From Lepidodermella squamata (Eukaryota > Animalia > Gastrotricha): a DNA stretch of 64,000 nucleotides. Within the stretch, counting starts at the first letter, position 1. Each line of letters begins with the position of its first letter. Below are positions 38,284-53,400 of this stretch, piece by piece. Where the stretch lies: the NCBI GenBank assembly GCA_047495785.1, contig JBLDXI010000001.1, forward strand, positions 620,001 to 684,000. Reading direction: 5' to 3'. The notes below the pieces were generated by a model. That model had not been told where the DNA came from. It ran no database searches and worked only from the letters and a program-made list of their open reading frames with translations. A program made the translations under genes and the position numbers.

Positions 38284-41200
38284 TCATTTTTCATCGCCCG
38301 AATCTTGGGGCCTTGGCACCTGTGTGAGACCCACACCAGCGACCGGTAGCCATAAGATACCCGTTTTACGAGGCTCGGAAAATCTCACAGTAGCTTCTGA
38401 TTCCTTGGTTCTCGGTTCCTTTCTAGGCGATGAACGTTCGTATAACGGCAAAGGAGAAGTTGAAATCGGCTGGATCATTCGAACCGGCTGTAGCGATTGC
38501 GGAGCTGGCATGGATTTGATAGTATCTTTCAATAGCAAGCCGATTCTTTGCAGTGATTTCAAACGCTCGCCCATCGAATCAACACGGCTCTCTAAAGATC
38601 GCAGATACTCGCGGTTAGCCAACTGATTTTCATCGGAGACGCTCGTTTCAGCTTGGCCTGACGGTTCATTCTGAGAATGTTCAGAGGTATCAACAGGTTC
38701 CGCGAATTTCACCTTTCTGTCTTCCTCAGGTCGCGCAGGCTCTGGCTCCGCAGCATGCTGGGTATTATTTTTCCTTTTCACTTTGATCGGCATGCCCTTG
38801 ACGACATCACGCCACAATTGTGGAGCAGAAATTTCCTCTTCTTCTTCTGCGTTACTTTCAATCACAACCTTTTCCGCAATGGCTTCAAGACGAGAAAACC
38901 TCGCCACTTGATCGGCAATCGTCGACAGCTGAGAATGAATCTCGTCCAACTGGTAAACCGAGTTAGCAATCCGAGCACGTTTTCTATCGCGATAAACCTT
39001 TGTTTGGCATTCTCGTTCAAACTGCGTGACGGGGTCGTTGCCAACATGCCGGCCGTAATCTTCTAGGGGTTTCGGAGAATGTCCCTTTTCGACATCTTTG
39101 TGCTTTTCAGTGTTACAGGGAGCTCCATCGCAACACTTTTGTAATTTACGATAGATTAGGTAGAACAAATCTAATACTGAAAGAGGTGATGGCAAGACGG
39201 GCTTCACTTCGAACTCAGTGATCATTTGGTACTGGTAGTATTTCCATATTTCGCTAGCATTCTTGCTGACTTCCTCATACACATCTGTTAAGATCGGCAA
39301 ATGGTTACATCACTCAAATAAACAGCCAGGTTTTAAACTTACTGCTAAAAATTGCAATGAGCAAATTCATCAACATGAATGCGATGAGAATCCAAACAGC
39401 TAGCCAAATAGATATAAGCCAAAATGTAGCAACTTGGTTCGAGTCATCATCTCCATTATCTGTCGTAAGGTTGGTATTAGGTTCAGACAATGATTTTATG
39501 CTGTTTGAATCAGCTGAACTGTTCGCTGGTGCCAACATATTCGACCTGAGACCAGCAAATATATTTTTGTTATTAATTAATTTTTGAAATTTACATCATA
39601 GAAGCAACTCGAGGTACCCTGCGGAGGGTGGAGTTGATTGTCGCAATGGCAGCCTGGTTTAAAGAAGAGCTGTCTTGGCATGTGTCATTAGAGCACTGCT
39701 GATCAGGCTGAGCTTCTTCCTTATCGGCGCTTTGTAATTCAGACAGGTCAGGTCCCGAAATGAACGCCCAGAACGAGAAAGAGGCGATATTGCGAAAGTT
39801 GTCCCAATTCGGCGAGATATATCGATAGTGAAGAATAGCTTGGTGGAAGATGCCGAAGGCAAGGAAGAACAAAAGCAGCAAAACTAGGTAGTAGCCCAAT
39901 TCAAGCATCATTTTGCCAGCCATAACCAGTTGAGGGCCAAGTGATGTCGAGACGTTCAGCAGGCTGAGAAGCCTCAAGAAGAAAAAGAACAACGAAAATG
40001 CGAACAGAACTTTGGCAACAAAGTTGAAATTGTCATCGCTATTCCTTCGATATTCGATTACCATGCGAAGAGCAAAGCCAATTACGTGCAGCAACAGTGC
40101 AATCAAGTCAATCAAATTAAATACCAATCGACCCCACCAAGCCAACTTTGACCACAGTGAACGCCCCGGTGCTTGGGCAACACTACGGCATACCTCCAAG
40201 ATCAGCGTGAAAACCCAAGTATGGAGCAAGTATTCCAACGCTTTGTCAGTCCCATCTTGATCGTGGTATCCGAAGATGAGAAAAAAGGTATATAGTGCCA
40301 GAAAGAGGACTCCAGTTATCGTGGAGAAGCAAAACTTGGTGACAGGAGCTTTGAAAAAGTTGACAAACCGCTGTCTGACCCGCTTATTGCGAACTCCTGC
40401 TTTCACAGTTGCACGATGAATCTCTTGTGAATCAGTTGCCACTAATACATCATCGACACGGGCCCACTTATAAAGCGATTTCAATCTGTTCACCTTTCGC
40501 ATGATCGCAGAACTGACCGATTCGCCATCTTCAAACTGCACAATCCAAGGCACAAGGGGGAAGAGAAATATTCCCAAACAAATAATCGGCCAGCTGGATC
40601 GAATCTTAAGTTGCCACCTTTCATTCAAAACATCTTGGCAAATGTGGGAGCCTATAAACTTCTTGCAATCTGCCTGGGCTGCAGCGTTCATGCAATCCAT
40701 GGAATTCCAATGGCGGTGGCGTTCTTTCAACAATATCGATGTCATGTGATTGTCAAGGCTGGCGGCCTTGTTAAGCACTTCGGTTGCCAGTTCTTCAAAT
40801 TCGTCTTTTGTTTTCGTGTAGTCACCACGTCGGTCATCATCGTTTTCTGATGTTTGGTCGATCAGATTTTTCAAAATGAAGGCGCCCATCAGCGCATTCA
40901 TGATAGGATGATCCAACTAATAAAAATAACACATTAGTTCGGAAAAGGATATTCTGACTTGATAAGCAAACCTTCTTCCAGAAAAAATGGGCCAAGTCCG
41001 GTTTGTTAAATAAAAGCGCCCATACAAACAGCTCACTTACGGGATCGCTGATCTTTTGATTCTTATCACTCATCAACTCAAGGGTAGGCACGCGATACGC
41101 AACTACATCAGCAACGAACGAGAATATCTTTATCATACGAATGATTGAAGTATCGGTATTTTTGTCGCGTTTCGACGATGTTTTAGTGGCATTAACTGCA

Positions 41201-43527
41201 TGTCTGATCGCCTTGGCCCGAGAAAATTGGCTGAAAAGTTTCTTGATGAAAGCATCCTTTTCGAAACATTTGTCGTAAAGTTTCAGGAGCACTTCGACTG
41301 TCAAATAATCCGCCAAGGAAACCAGGCTTCGATTGATTAAAAGGCTGGCGAAACCGATATTGGAGCTAAGCAGGCAGTCGGTCATAATATTTCGATAAAA
41401 ATCGGGCTGGTCTTCGGATATTTGCGATTTTGTGTAGACGTTGAAAATCTTTTCTTCAGCTATATCAGATCTGTCCCAGGTCAATGTCAGCTGTAATTGG
41501 TCGCGAGGCTTGATTTTATCCCTAACTTTGAAGAGGGCGGATAGTATAACGGAATCGAATTCTGAGTCCGATCCAAGGTCAAACACCGTGACCATTTGCT
41601 CACGGCGAACAGCTTCAAATACCTTTTTCGTCAATTCATCCACTTTTCCAATAAACTTCGACTGATCTTTGCCAGCAAAGAATTCCGATATTATTTTGGA
41701 TCTTATTAGCTGGAAATTGGAGTCTTCGGTCCGACTCGGTATAGGAGGGTCTTCATAAGGAGTTTCAGATGCATTTCTCAAGTCGCACATAATCTCGTAC
41801 GCTTGGGCGAAAATATCGGCAGCTCGCCCAGTATTCTTGCAAATCACGATGGGCACAGACATGTGAACGCTGTATAGCAATGTATCGATCATGCGAAGCC
41901 CACCGCTAATCATGACTAAAATCGATGGTATTGGACGCACTTTATCCGGTGAAATTCCGCTATTCGGCTTCAATGGGCCGAAGTTCATTTTGTTGAGACC
42001 AAATAACTTATTGAGCAAAACAATCATAAAGCGTGTTTCCTTCTTGCAATTGATTCCTCGATAACCATCGTCAACTCTGTGGGGAAAAAAAAACGTAACT
42101 AACTTGAATTTAGGTTTATGAGACCTACAATAAAAAGTGGCTATGATCCGGGTTTAGATATATTTCATTTCGTGCCGGTTTTTGAAGAGTATACATCTTG
42201 ACAGGTTTAGCTACATGCGCTGCTATCGATTCTTTGGTTGGCCTTCTTAGCGAATGCGAGGTGGACGGTTTGCTACTTGATGTCGTAGTGCTGGTAGGCT
42301 GATCCCACTCAGCTTGCCTTCTTTTCGATCGAATAATCAAATTCTCCCTGTCCTTGACCAGACCCCATTTCGCAACAGCGATGCACCGAATGCGCCTTGC
42401 AACGGTTTCCGAGTCGTTGCTGTCATATGACAGAGTTTGGCCCTCTCTTATGACGTCACCCACTAGACGTGGTAAACCATAATTGTGACCTTCGGTAAGA
42501 ATCCAGGCGCTAGTTGAACTGGCAATCTTCACAAGGCCGTGTGAAAGCTTTTGGGTAGACCTAGTCGTGAAAAATAAGTTAAGTAATTGAGCTTAGGGCA
42601 TGCTCAATTTACTTGTTGTCAAGTTTAAACTGCTTCGATCCACCCAAAACAGCCAATGCAAGACTCGGAAATGGATCAAATAACTGCCAGAAATCCATCA
42701 GTTTTATAAAATCAGTTATTGACTTGGGTTCTGGCTCCGAAAACCTCACATACTGGAAAAAAAGAAAAACATAGCAACTTAGTATAAATTAAGAAATGAT
42801 GTGCTCTGAGATCCCAGATGAGCTCTTTTCAAGAGAATAATTAGGTACCAGCGGCAAACACTTTGTCAACACATTTAGCAACAGCGTTCCCTCTCATGGA
42901 TGTGAAAAGTAAAAGAAAACATGAAAAAATCAGTTGGGATATTTTCTTACCCAGCTAGGGTTCCTCGAGCCGAATCTTTCATCTTTGAAAAGGATCTGTC
43001 CAGCAGCATTAGAATAATCGTATGTTTTAATATCGTCATCGTCCCAGTCGACACTATCATTCTCTATTCAATCAAAGGGAATTTGAAATTTATGTTTCTA
43101 ATTACCGATGTTAAGTAAGAGATATTTGATAGCTTACTTTCATCGCGATGACTCTGCATATGACATGATCGTTTTTGGCCGCATCGACAACTAAAACGAA
43201 AATCCTACAATTCAGTACCTAATAAAAGACAAACAACTCACATTTCTTCGGAAGACGCTTCCGATTGTGATTTATCTTGGACGTATTTCGAGCACTCTTT
43301 AATGGTCAATTTGCCAAGCAGTAACTCAGCCAAAGTTTGATCGGACTCCTGTAAGCCAAAACGTAGGATAACTGAAAAACTTGGGAATGAATAAATACCT
43401 CGGTCTTGGATTGAATCGAGCGGGGATCTTCAGAGCTAATGCCCATTCTTTTGCGGAGCACCATGGATCGCACATCATGAAGCGATAACTCTCGAGCCAG
43501 CTTCGACGGCTTCATCGTGTCCCCCAT
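38284..43527 (-). CDS. TRPM-family cation channel, paralog B (tandem duplicate)
   Basis: The same motif series: AWILTEG, LNPDHSHFLL, LTLTWDRSDIA, FFKAPVTKF, LGPQLVMA, NLLIAIFS, EIWKYYQYQMITEF..KPVLPSPLS. The start (MGDTMKP) is inferred by comparison with paralog A. Confidence 0.92.
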
Positions 43528-46500
43528 GATAGCCAACAAACACTATATATTAAAATTGCAGAAGTGCACATTGCTGCATCTAATTTGTCATAAAGCAAGC
43601 TTGAAAGATTCGAAATACTTGGTCAAGTTTCTTCTCTGGGAATGGAAGCTAAGTATATAAGGCTATAGGCTGTAAGCATCATAATAAGCGCATGTGTGTA
43701 TCTATGCATGTATCACCGCGTTTAACATAGTCGAGACTGTCATGTACAGATCCTATTCCTCAGTCGACCTTATTATAAATCCAGACTACTTTTAAAAACA
43801 AAACGACGGTATGGATGTAATTAGGCTCTGATTCGTTTTGAGTCCGTCTTCCATGCACAGTATGGCACAAGGTACAGTAAGAGTACTCTCAGTACTTTCA
43901 GTAGTAACAGTACTTTCTTTCAGTAATTTCAAAATTTGAGCTCTGACAATCTTACGGAGGATTTGATCGATAGCGATAAGCGATAAGTCATTCCATTATT
44001 ACTCCAGTATCTAGCGGCACGGGAAAAAACAGAAGAGGTGCACATGAGAAGCATGTTAATGAAGCGATCACCATGGCGACAACTTTGACAGTAATTATAT
44101 ACGGGAATCCAAAAAATTTTCATTAAAATTATGCTAATAAATATGTTCTATACAATATTAACATTATAAAAATGAGTCAGTTGTCTAAGCGGGGGTGGCT
44201 ATCAAACCGGGTGACTTTTAGCGGGGCTCCTAAGGTTGACTCGGCGTCAAGTCTAGGGCAAAAAAAAAATGCGCGATAGTGTCGTATGCATTTTGTTTTT
44301 CTTATCTCAAAGCTCGCAGCTTGGAACTTGAAAATTGAGACAATGACAGCCATTGTCTCTCTGTTTCTTTAATGTGTCTGCGATCAACCGATTTTTTTGT
44401 CGCAATGTAGCGACAAAAGAAAGTGTAACATAGATACTTCGTGTTGTTTGACTACTTTGCCCTCATTACTTGATACTTGATTTGGGCGAAGTATTTTTTA
44501 TATCTGATATTGAGGGCAAAATTATATTCAACTCAGCTAAGACACTGAATTGAGCAGAGCAAATCATTTCGCGAGAAATGACCGACCCTTCGCCTTGCGC
44601 TTTCTTTGATGGTAGTTTATCACATTCGAGACTGAAATAAGCTGATCCACTTACATCTAAAAGCTCTGGATATGACTTGTTTCATGACTCAAACGTTTGG
44701 CTGAAATTGCTCGAGTGAAATGAATTTTCGGGCCTGTATTTACGCTAGATGATTGCGGTTTCGTGGAGACAGATGCATACCTCAGACATATAATTAGTTT
44801 TGATGACTGACTGCATGGAATACTTCAGCCAATAGGCACATAACGATTTGTTTATTGTCGGGTTGGATTGCTAGTTTTGTCGGTTCAGCTTATGTGTCAG
44901 TAAATGAGACACACGCCTTAAAAGAGTACCAACTTAATTGGTAATAGTAAACAAGCTAAGTTTTTTTTTACTTCATTTCTTTTACTTGGAGTGCAGAAAT
45001 TCGATTCGAGACCCCATCTTAGCGTGATTATCAAATTCGCGTAACTGCTAACAACTGTTGCAAGGCTTAGTCTGAATGAAATCCAGTTATTTGCCTTTAT
45101 TTGCTGACTGCGATCTGTATTTTTCGTAACGACCGACGCGCATGTTCAGTAGATGCGGCAGAAATTAATAAGCTTTGACCGCGCGCAGCAAAAGGAGGAA
45201 TAATGTCATGCATTATAAAGGGTTCTGTATTATTTGTGGATTTTATTTTTTCATTAACAAACTAATTTATTGAAGGATTCATATCGATAGTAGAACTGCG
45301 GAGTCTTTGCGGATTTCCGTTATTTATATTCTGCTTTCTTTTGGTTGCAATGAAATGTATCAAAAACTTAAATGAGTCAAGTTTCTAGTATTTATGCTGG
45401 TCAGTTTTCCATGCAAAATGAGTTTTTTTGAGAATTTAGATATTTTTTTTGGTTCATATGAAGACGTTTTTTTATCAAGCTTTTTATTATAACCTTTTTG
45501 TAAATTGCGGTGGGTTTGAACTTGCGATGTCCGTTACTGCTGAATGTGTCGAATTGGATGCGGAAACGCCAACGATTTGCTATCAGAAATTTAGCTTACA
45601 CGCAAAACTAAACCTTTAATTTTCTCCGCGGTGCTATTCAGCGCAAATTGCGATCTCAATCGATAAGCGTGTGCTTAAGGTAAATTCACTACGTAATTTT
45701 CCGCTCTAGCGTTGTTGGATTAGTTCTGTCGATGTGCCTTGTTTGTTTTTCTCGGGTTGGGCTTTGCACTTGGTTCCTAATATCTGCTACTGTACATTGT
45801 TAGTGAAGTCGCGTTTAAATCATGGAGCTACAAAATTGTTGTATTACGGCATAAGGCGATGATTCATTCAAGAGAGCTGTTCCTATGTCGATAAATTACC
45901 CTGTATATTTTTTGCATGGATCCGTTTTGTTATTAATACGCCTTGGGATATTACATTATCCAACCGGCAGTTGAACCGGACTTCTGCAGTGTGTTTGCTG
46001 GTTCATCTATCTTCTTTTTACATACGTTCGGTTCTCACGTTAAATGCCTGACAGCTAACCAGACCTTTTTTTGCTTTACCCGCTGGCCGTACCAGCTTCA
46101 TGGAAAAATACAGCAGCGTATAAACGAGGCAGCTTTTGGCGGAAAGGAGAAGAATAATGCCCATTAAGGCGGTATCTGTTAAGTATTAATACGCCTTTTA
46201 TTTTGTTATTTTCCACCTAGGTCTAAAGAACTAGCTTGTTGTCGCTTATTGTTATTTACTCTGGTCATGTTGTTTCTTGGCGCGCTCGGTTTTGTGTTAC
46301 CACCTCATCAATGCTGTAATAAAAAGTTACCTCTTTCTTCGTATTTTCCCTCGGTACATGCTTTTTAGCGCCATTAATGCGCTACTTAGTTGCTTCTGGA
46401 AATAGACTATTCCCCGCGAAACGAACTGCCAAAGATGATTACTGCTATATTGAGGGACGAGGGCCGCTACCAGGCGTCGCTTCTATCTCCGCTTGTCGCT

Positions 46501-47459
46501 GCTGTGAACTCGTTTTGTGCAAAATTTGATCAATGATTGAAATCCCGTTTCTTAGCTATTAAAAGGCGGCCGGCATGTGCGCAATTAGCGATTTGCGTCG
46601 CTTGCCCGCTCAGATTTCGTTGTCTTCGATGATTCAGCCGGAGTTCAGCGGCCGTTATCTATCGCTCCTCTCTCTCTCTTAACCATTACCACACTCTCGA
46701 CAGTCTTCCGCATTCAATAAATTGTAGCCTAGTAGTTGTGATGGTTGCACTCTTGAGTGTATTCTACTCCGCGCTTTCTTCGTCTTGTTATAATTCACTA
46801 ATATCCGAGTTCCAGCGCCGACCAGAGACAAAACATTATTATTATTGTTATGATTATCATCATCATCGTTTCTCCATCGGTCATGTGATGATGGCTTGGC
46901 TAGCAGGAGATTCTAATAATAACAATACGGCAATATTGAACGAAGGAGCGAAATTTGCCTCCTTTGATCATCATCTTACTACGATGTATTAGCAGTAGTA
47001 AGGCCTTCTTTCTTCGCCTATGTTCCTAAGGCACACTTGCAGGCCCGAATTGTTTATAGAAGGCCGCTGGGCGTTGAGATGAACCATAGAAATATTACTA
47101 CACAATTCACTTTGGCTTACACAGTGCCGCCCAAAGTAGGCACACGCCTCATTCGGTTTCGTTCCTCTTCTCCTCTCTATGTCGAGGTATTTGTTGATGC
47201 AATTTTGCGATTGATTATTCATGCGGCAGTACTGTCTCTATTATTATTGTTATTACTTCTACCACTATAGTAAGTAAATATCTGTCTCTGTTCAATAATT
47301 TGATGTATTTCCTACATCTGGTTTCGTGTCTAGAGGTTAAATCATGTATTGAAAGTCGACAAGAAGCTGAGGAGGCTGACTTCAAAATTCCTCGTATTTT
47401 TTCGTGTCATTAACTACAAAATTTTTCAACCGCCTCTCGCAGTTAATTCCGAGCAATGA

Positions 47460-50400
47460 ATGGCTACTGCAACTTCACCGAACATTGCGCCGTCGCTGAA
47501 CTCGACTGGCGGAGTCGGCGCGCTCATGCCGCGACTCACGACAACGTCGAGTGGTGCTAAGTCTGCTGTATCGGGCTTGTCGTCGGCGGCTTCGAGGGGC
47601 TCGTCGCCTTTGGAACGCGTCAACGAAATCACAAACCTACCCGAAAACTCACAACCTAGTCGACATGGTCACGATGGTGCTTCTCAGGTTAGCTATTTCA
47701 CATTGTTGAATGAAGAGAGAAGTTGAAAAAAGCAAATTTTTATACGATCGATAAAGGCAGCGCGTAATTCTATCCCGCATGATGAGCATCACTCTGCAAA
47801 TTTAATAAACCGTCGATTTTTTGGGACTTTCATTTTGTAATAAATATTTCAAAATGCGCATTACTTTATTTTAGTCATTTTCTCTGAGCTTTAAATGAGA
47901 AAAATTATGCAACTCTTGTTAAGCAGCTCAACATGATCTTTGCTATCGAGCGATTATGGAGAATAAGCTATTGATTTTTCAGTCCAGGGTTTTTAAACCG
48001 CAGCTCATCGATAGATTATCTAGGCCTCCTAATGGCGAGCGAATGTAAAAAAGTTGGCCTGGAAAATCGCGTTTTATCGCTGTGAAATTTATGCAGAATT
48101 TCAAACTTCAGCCGCCACGTGCGACGTCTTGGGATAGCTAATGGTTTTGACCAACGTTGCGTATCCTATTTAGAAGTATTCACGGTTGATCGGATTTTCT
48201 TTAAATGCTTTGCTCTTTAGCTACGCGATGGAAAAAAATCGAAGGACGAATAATACTCTGGGTTGATCGACGAGAGAGTTGCGTAGGTTCACGCATAATG
48301 CGTTAGCACATCACACTACTGCTAGTGTCTGAGGCGACTTCTTTCATAATTTAACATCTGTGCTTTGCACTTGTCTGGCGTTCTTGGGGGTGGAATACAT
48401 ACAGTTTAAGATTTTTCATTGCTATTTTTTTGGCGGCCGTATTAAGAAACGCTAATTAAATCACAATCGGTGGCTAACTAGCGCGTTTTTATCAGCGAAT
48501 TACCATAGAATAACGCCTCTGTTTTGTTTACGAATGTGCGTTTTTCGGCGGCGCCGCGCACGCTTTGGCACAATTTGGCCGGGCGTTAATCTCGTGTCAC
48601 TTGGCTTTTCAGCTGCGTTGAACAGGCACGGAACAGCTCATTTCCATGCGCAATAATCAAAACGCGGCGCGTCAAGCGGCGTTAGTGGCAAGTAGCAGCA
48701 GCAGCTGCCGCAATAAAATATTGTGGTATGAAAGTCATTCAGTCGGTCAGAGGCAGTCAGTCACCTCTTGTGCTTGCATAGCGTTTTATTTCGGAGGTAA
48801 TAATACGGCTAAATATTATAGTTGCGCGCGCGCTCCCCGCCCCTTACGACAACGTTTTAACACATTATCATCATCGCGCTCATTTGTTTACTACTTTGCC
48901 CTTTGTTTCAAAGCGTTGGCCCTAGTTGTAATACTGCCAAGTGTGACTTGTTCCCTCCGAATCTAGTACCTCAAAAGGTGCGAGCTGCAGGTATTATGCC
49001 GCTGAATTTACTGCGTGGCCCATGTGAGCTCTTGTTATTGCTCTACCGACTGACTGACTACCCACCGGTGACCACTAAGTATGTGTTGTTTCGTTTTTAA
49101 TGTCCAACGGCTGGTTGGAAGCCGGCAAGTAAGTGGGTAATCGGCTCGTTCAGTCCTCAAAAGAAATGTCCTTGCGCGGTTTGGTACACTCGCATCAGAC
49201 GCCGTCTTGCTTGCCCCTCAATGAACTCGTTGAATTCAATACTACGTCGCATCTGTTGAATTCATCATACCACTAGGTTATAATTTAAACGATGATATCA
49301 CCCCACCGTTACCATTTGTAAATTGCAGCGATACACTGCCCGTGTTTACGTTTTAATCTATTTAACATTATGGCCGTCTGGAGTACTTGATTCACGTGTT
49401 TTTTCGTGAAAAAACACGTTGGCCGCAGTTCGCACTCACGCGTGTGTGTGTGTGTGTTCAATTATTTTTTACCTGCTACTGTGTAATTCACCTGGAAAAG
49501 ATAATACGCGCGCCGCTTCTAAGTTTTTTCTTACGATTTACTGTGCGCAAATGAAAACGTCAGGTTTTTCATCGTCGCCGCCGTCTTCTACGTTTTTACA
49601 CTCGGTTTGCTGCTTTTTGCATGAGTCACGCTCTAGGTATATCCTAATTTCTTGCGTTTAATAGCTATTAATTTCTCGGTATAATGTTTTTTTGCTGCGA
49701 GCCTTGTCACGCTGCCAGGCCAAGATGCTGAGTAATTATTAGATAGATCATCGTTAATGTATGCCAAGCCATATGCGATGGTAATTCGTGATCGTGACTC
49801 ATGCTATCTATGGATTCGCTGTGCGTTTGTTAACCGACAGCTGATTTGCCATTCGCTTGCTACCCTCGACGTTCGCGTTGCATTGATCGTACGTCGAGAC
49901 AGGACGACGACCCCAGTCGCGATGCTCATTTTCCGGTGGCCGCATATAGTATGAATGATATTCCCAGCTGTCTGATCGTTTCCTTCCAGTGCCCTATCTT
50001 TGTTGTTTTTACAAATCATCGGCATTGCGCTCTAACGCAAACACATTATTATACCCGTCTATTGATTTTGCAGTTTTTTCTATCGATCGAGACTGCTTGA
50101 TATTTTTATTAAAAACCATGTATATAGCACTAATAATAACAAATGCGAGCTATATTATTAATAATAATGTTGAAACCATTGGCTCGTCGTCGTATGCTTT
50201 AGCTCACACAAGCAGCAGTCTTGTGGTATATCTCCATCACGCCAGCAAAGTTTGCGAAGGGGGACCATTAGCGCCTTAGCGCAGGACATTTTTCCGTTTA
50301 CCTTCTCACCATGCCCAATTCTTATGACGCATGATTTTCTATTTCTATTATAGGCAAGTTTGAAAGTAGGAATGCCAGCCGAGCATTCGACCCCGTTAAT

Positions 50401-53400
50401 GGCCAGCGATTCGCCTGACATCGCTTCGTTCGCAGTAAAACCCTCGCCTGCACTTACTTCGTCCGGTGGTTTCGCGACACTGGCCTCTTTCGCCGGATCC
50501 TTGTTGGGTGCGTCGAACCCGGCCAGTGAGGAGGCAGCTCGTCGTCAGAAGTTGGAGAAATATCGCAAGAAACTGCGCGAGAATCTAGCAAAGCAAGAAG
50601 CCCTGGTGAATAAACGCATTGCTGCTTCCGCCGCCGCTGGTTCTAGCGCCCCATCACAACGTGCTGTTCGGGAGTTCGAACAGGAGATCCACGTATTAGC
50701 CGGTAAGGCGCAAAAGCTGGGTCGCAGCATCGCGCAACTCGAAGCTCAGATCGCCGCGCCGCCTCAACAGCAGTCGAATTCGACGGAGGCGCCGTCATCG
50801 CCTAACCACCGACAACACCAGATCTCGAGTCGACCGTCAGCTCATTCACTAGGTGGCGCTGGCAAGGCGCCGTCGGTCTCCACCAGCAACTCGCCACCGC
50901 ATCAAGTGGTGACCACTCCTTCGGGCACTCATCAAGTCGCCCCGTCGGAGGTGTCACACAAACCCGAACTTCACCGAGCAGGCTCTACTTCGTCGTCACA
51001 CTCTCAGTCCGCAGCTCACACCGGGTCCGGTAAGGGCGCACCCTTGGAAAAAGCCGCTACTTTGCCCGTCAGTTCCTCACAAACCGGTCAAACTTCACGC
51101 CCGCTAGGTGTATTAAGGTAGATTTTTTCGAGTAATTACCTCGACTTCCTCTCAATTTTCTTTTTTTCTCCCCTCATTATTATAGGGACGTGAAGGAAAG
51201 TATCACCAGGTTGGTTTTATTTATGTTTACTACTTACACTTGTCGAGCAAGTGCTAAAATTGACCGGGGTTGTAGCCACTAGTAGGCGCGGCGGTGTTAT
51301 TTAGTTCTTGCTTGTTTGTTTGTTATTTTCTCGCCGACGACGACGACTGAAAATAACGTCGACAAGGCGCAGCAGTTGCGGTCTGATCGGAAGGAAGCGC
51401 ACATGCTGCGTCTTATCCTTCGTTTAATCCGGCTATTTAGAGTACGACGTTAAGAACAAAAGAAGAGCCGTTCGATTTCCGCTGCCGTCGCAGCTGGAGC
51501 GTGGGAGCTTTTTTGCGCTCTGTTTGTGCTGCCTCTTAAAACGCAGGAATGAACTATGTCTGTCGCGAAGATAGGCGCTCTTTTCTTAGAACGCTGTGAA
51601 AACAATAAAATGGATACTTGCCTCTGTTGGCACTGTTTTATTGCGATTAGCTATGTATGACCACGCACCAGAGGTAATAATTTCTGCACTGACGCACATT
51701 GGCGCCGCTGTGCGGTGGAACTGAACGTAGAAGCGAGGCCAGATCGGTCATTAAAAATGCATAAGTGCGGCGGACGAATTTGCGTTATAAGACTCTAACA
51801 CCGCAGAGTTTATCGCCCATAAACAAACGCCCCAGGTCTGGTCTGTTTTGACAGTTATGGCCAAGTATGTATATAAATAGTTATATTTCACAATTGCGTG
51901 CACACTGCAGCGATCGATGCTGAACTTGCTGCGTCGAGTTACAATTTTTGCGCCGCCTCCATAGCAAGAAAAAACCTCCTCCACCTTAAAGTAAAGCGTC
52001 GCGACCGTCGAGTTCATTTCCTCTCGAGTATCATCGCTGTTTTGAATTGTTTATTAGCGCGCACTTCGCACCAGAGATATTGCAAGTGAGTAAATAAACT
52101 AGTCGGATTTTAGTTGCATTTTGGCCTTCTCTCGAGGGTCTGTGGAATCTTCCCCTCACTCTCTCATGTCTTCATGGCACAAAATCAATATTAGCCCGTT
52201 TGTCTGGGACGCGTGAAATATTCGATTTTTTCTCGCGGTCTAATTATGCGCGCGAAATAGCCAAATTTTAAGGCAATACTTGTGTACTCGTGACTCCTTA
52301 TATTTCGAGTCATAAATTATTTAATAGCCATGACTAGATTTATTGGAAATGTAGTGGTCGATTTTTTCTTTCGACTGATAATGAGTAAAAATGGTTTTGC
52401 TTGAAATTCGTCGTCGATTTAGCACTTTTCGCCTACGCCCATCGCATACTACCCAAGACCAGCTGTCGGGCAGCAATGGACCACGCAAATTTGGCTCTGC
52501 GGACAATCTGCACCAACGTTCGTGACTTCAAATTTTCAATCGATATTTGTATTTGAACCATAATTAATGCTACAGTCAATTTGTCGAACATCTCGAGCAG
52601 CAGTGGCAGCTGCGAGACAGCCGATAGCGGAGCTGCGATGACAGCGCAAACTGGTCGCCAGGGCAAGCATATTGGCCCGAGCCAGTTGGCGCAACCTCAC
52701 AACACCCAGCAATCCACCGGTGCTCATGCCTCAGCGCTAGACAAAACAAAATCTTCAGCTTCATCCTCTCATACTCACCCGGCTACGTCTCACAGTGGAG
52801 CGCCTGGTCGGCCCGGTCAACAAGGACAGTCCCTCGGCGAGAAGGCGAACGCCGGGACCCTACCCGCCAGGTATACTTTGTTCCACCTCATCTGACATGT
52901 AGTTTTGTTGTTTTTAACAAATGACCATTACTGGAATGACGTGAAATATAACACCGCGTGTTGAATGATTTTAATTGAACTAGACTCCGCTCCTCTACAT
53001 CGTTCCCGCATTTTAACGTTCCACCACAAGGGTATGCGTCTTATTTATGACATGGTTTAATTTTTCCAATCGACATGTTCGATCATTTCAATAATTTAAC
53101 CATGTGTAATCAACATACGCTTGCTCCTTTAATTCGTGTCTTGAGTTGCTGCAAAGTTCAATACTAGTTAATCGTCTCGTATATATAAAAGACTTCGGGC
53201 GAATGAGGAAGTTGATTTAGGGCAGAAAATTATGTCATAATGTTGTTTCTATAAGTGTGCGTTTGCTTGCCGCATATTTCAAGACTTGGTGCATCTCTGT
53301 CATTTGACCCAACGGTGTGGTCGAACAGCCAGTCCACGGAGCCTGGAGCCAGGCAAAAGCTTGCTAGAAAATTGTCGTTGTTTCTGCCGACGGATAACAA

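Noticed and set aside
43600-47400. Long ORF-poor stretch searched for ncRNA or hidden genes
   Set aside because: No tRNA, snRNA or known miRNA pattern was recognised. It is consistent with the TMCC 5' UTR and introns plus a promoter region shared with TRPM paralog B.
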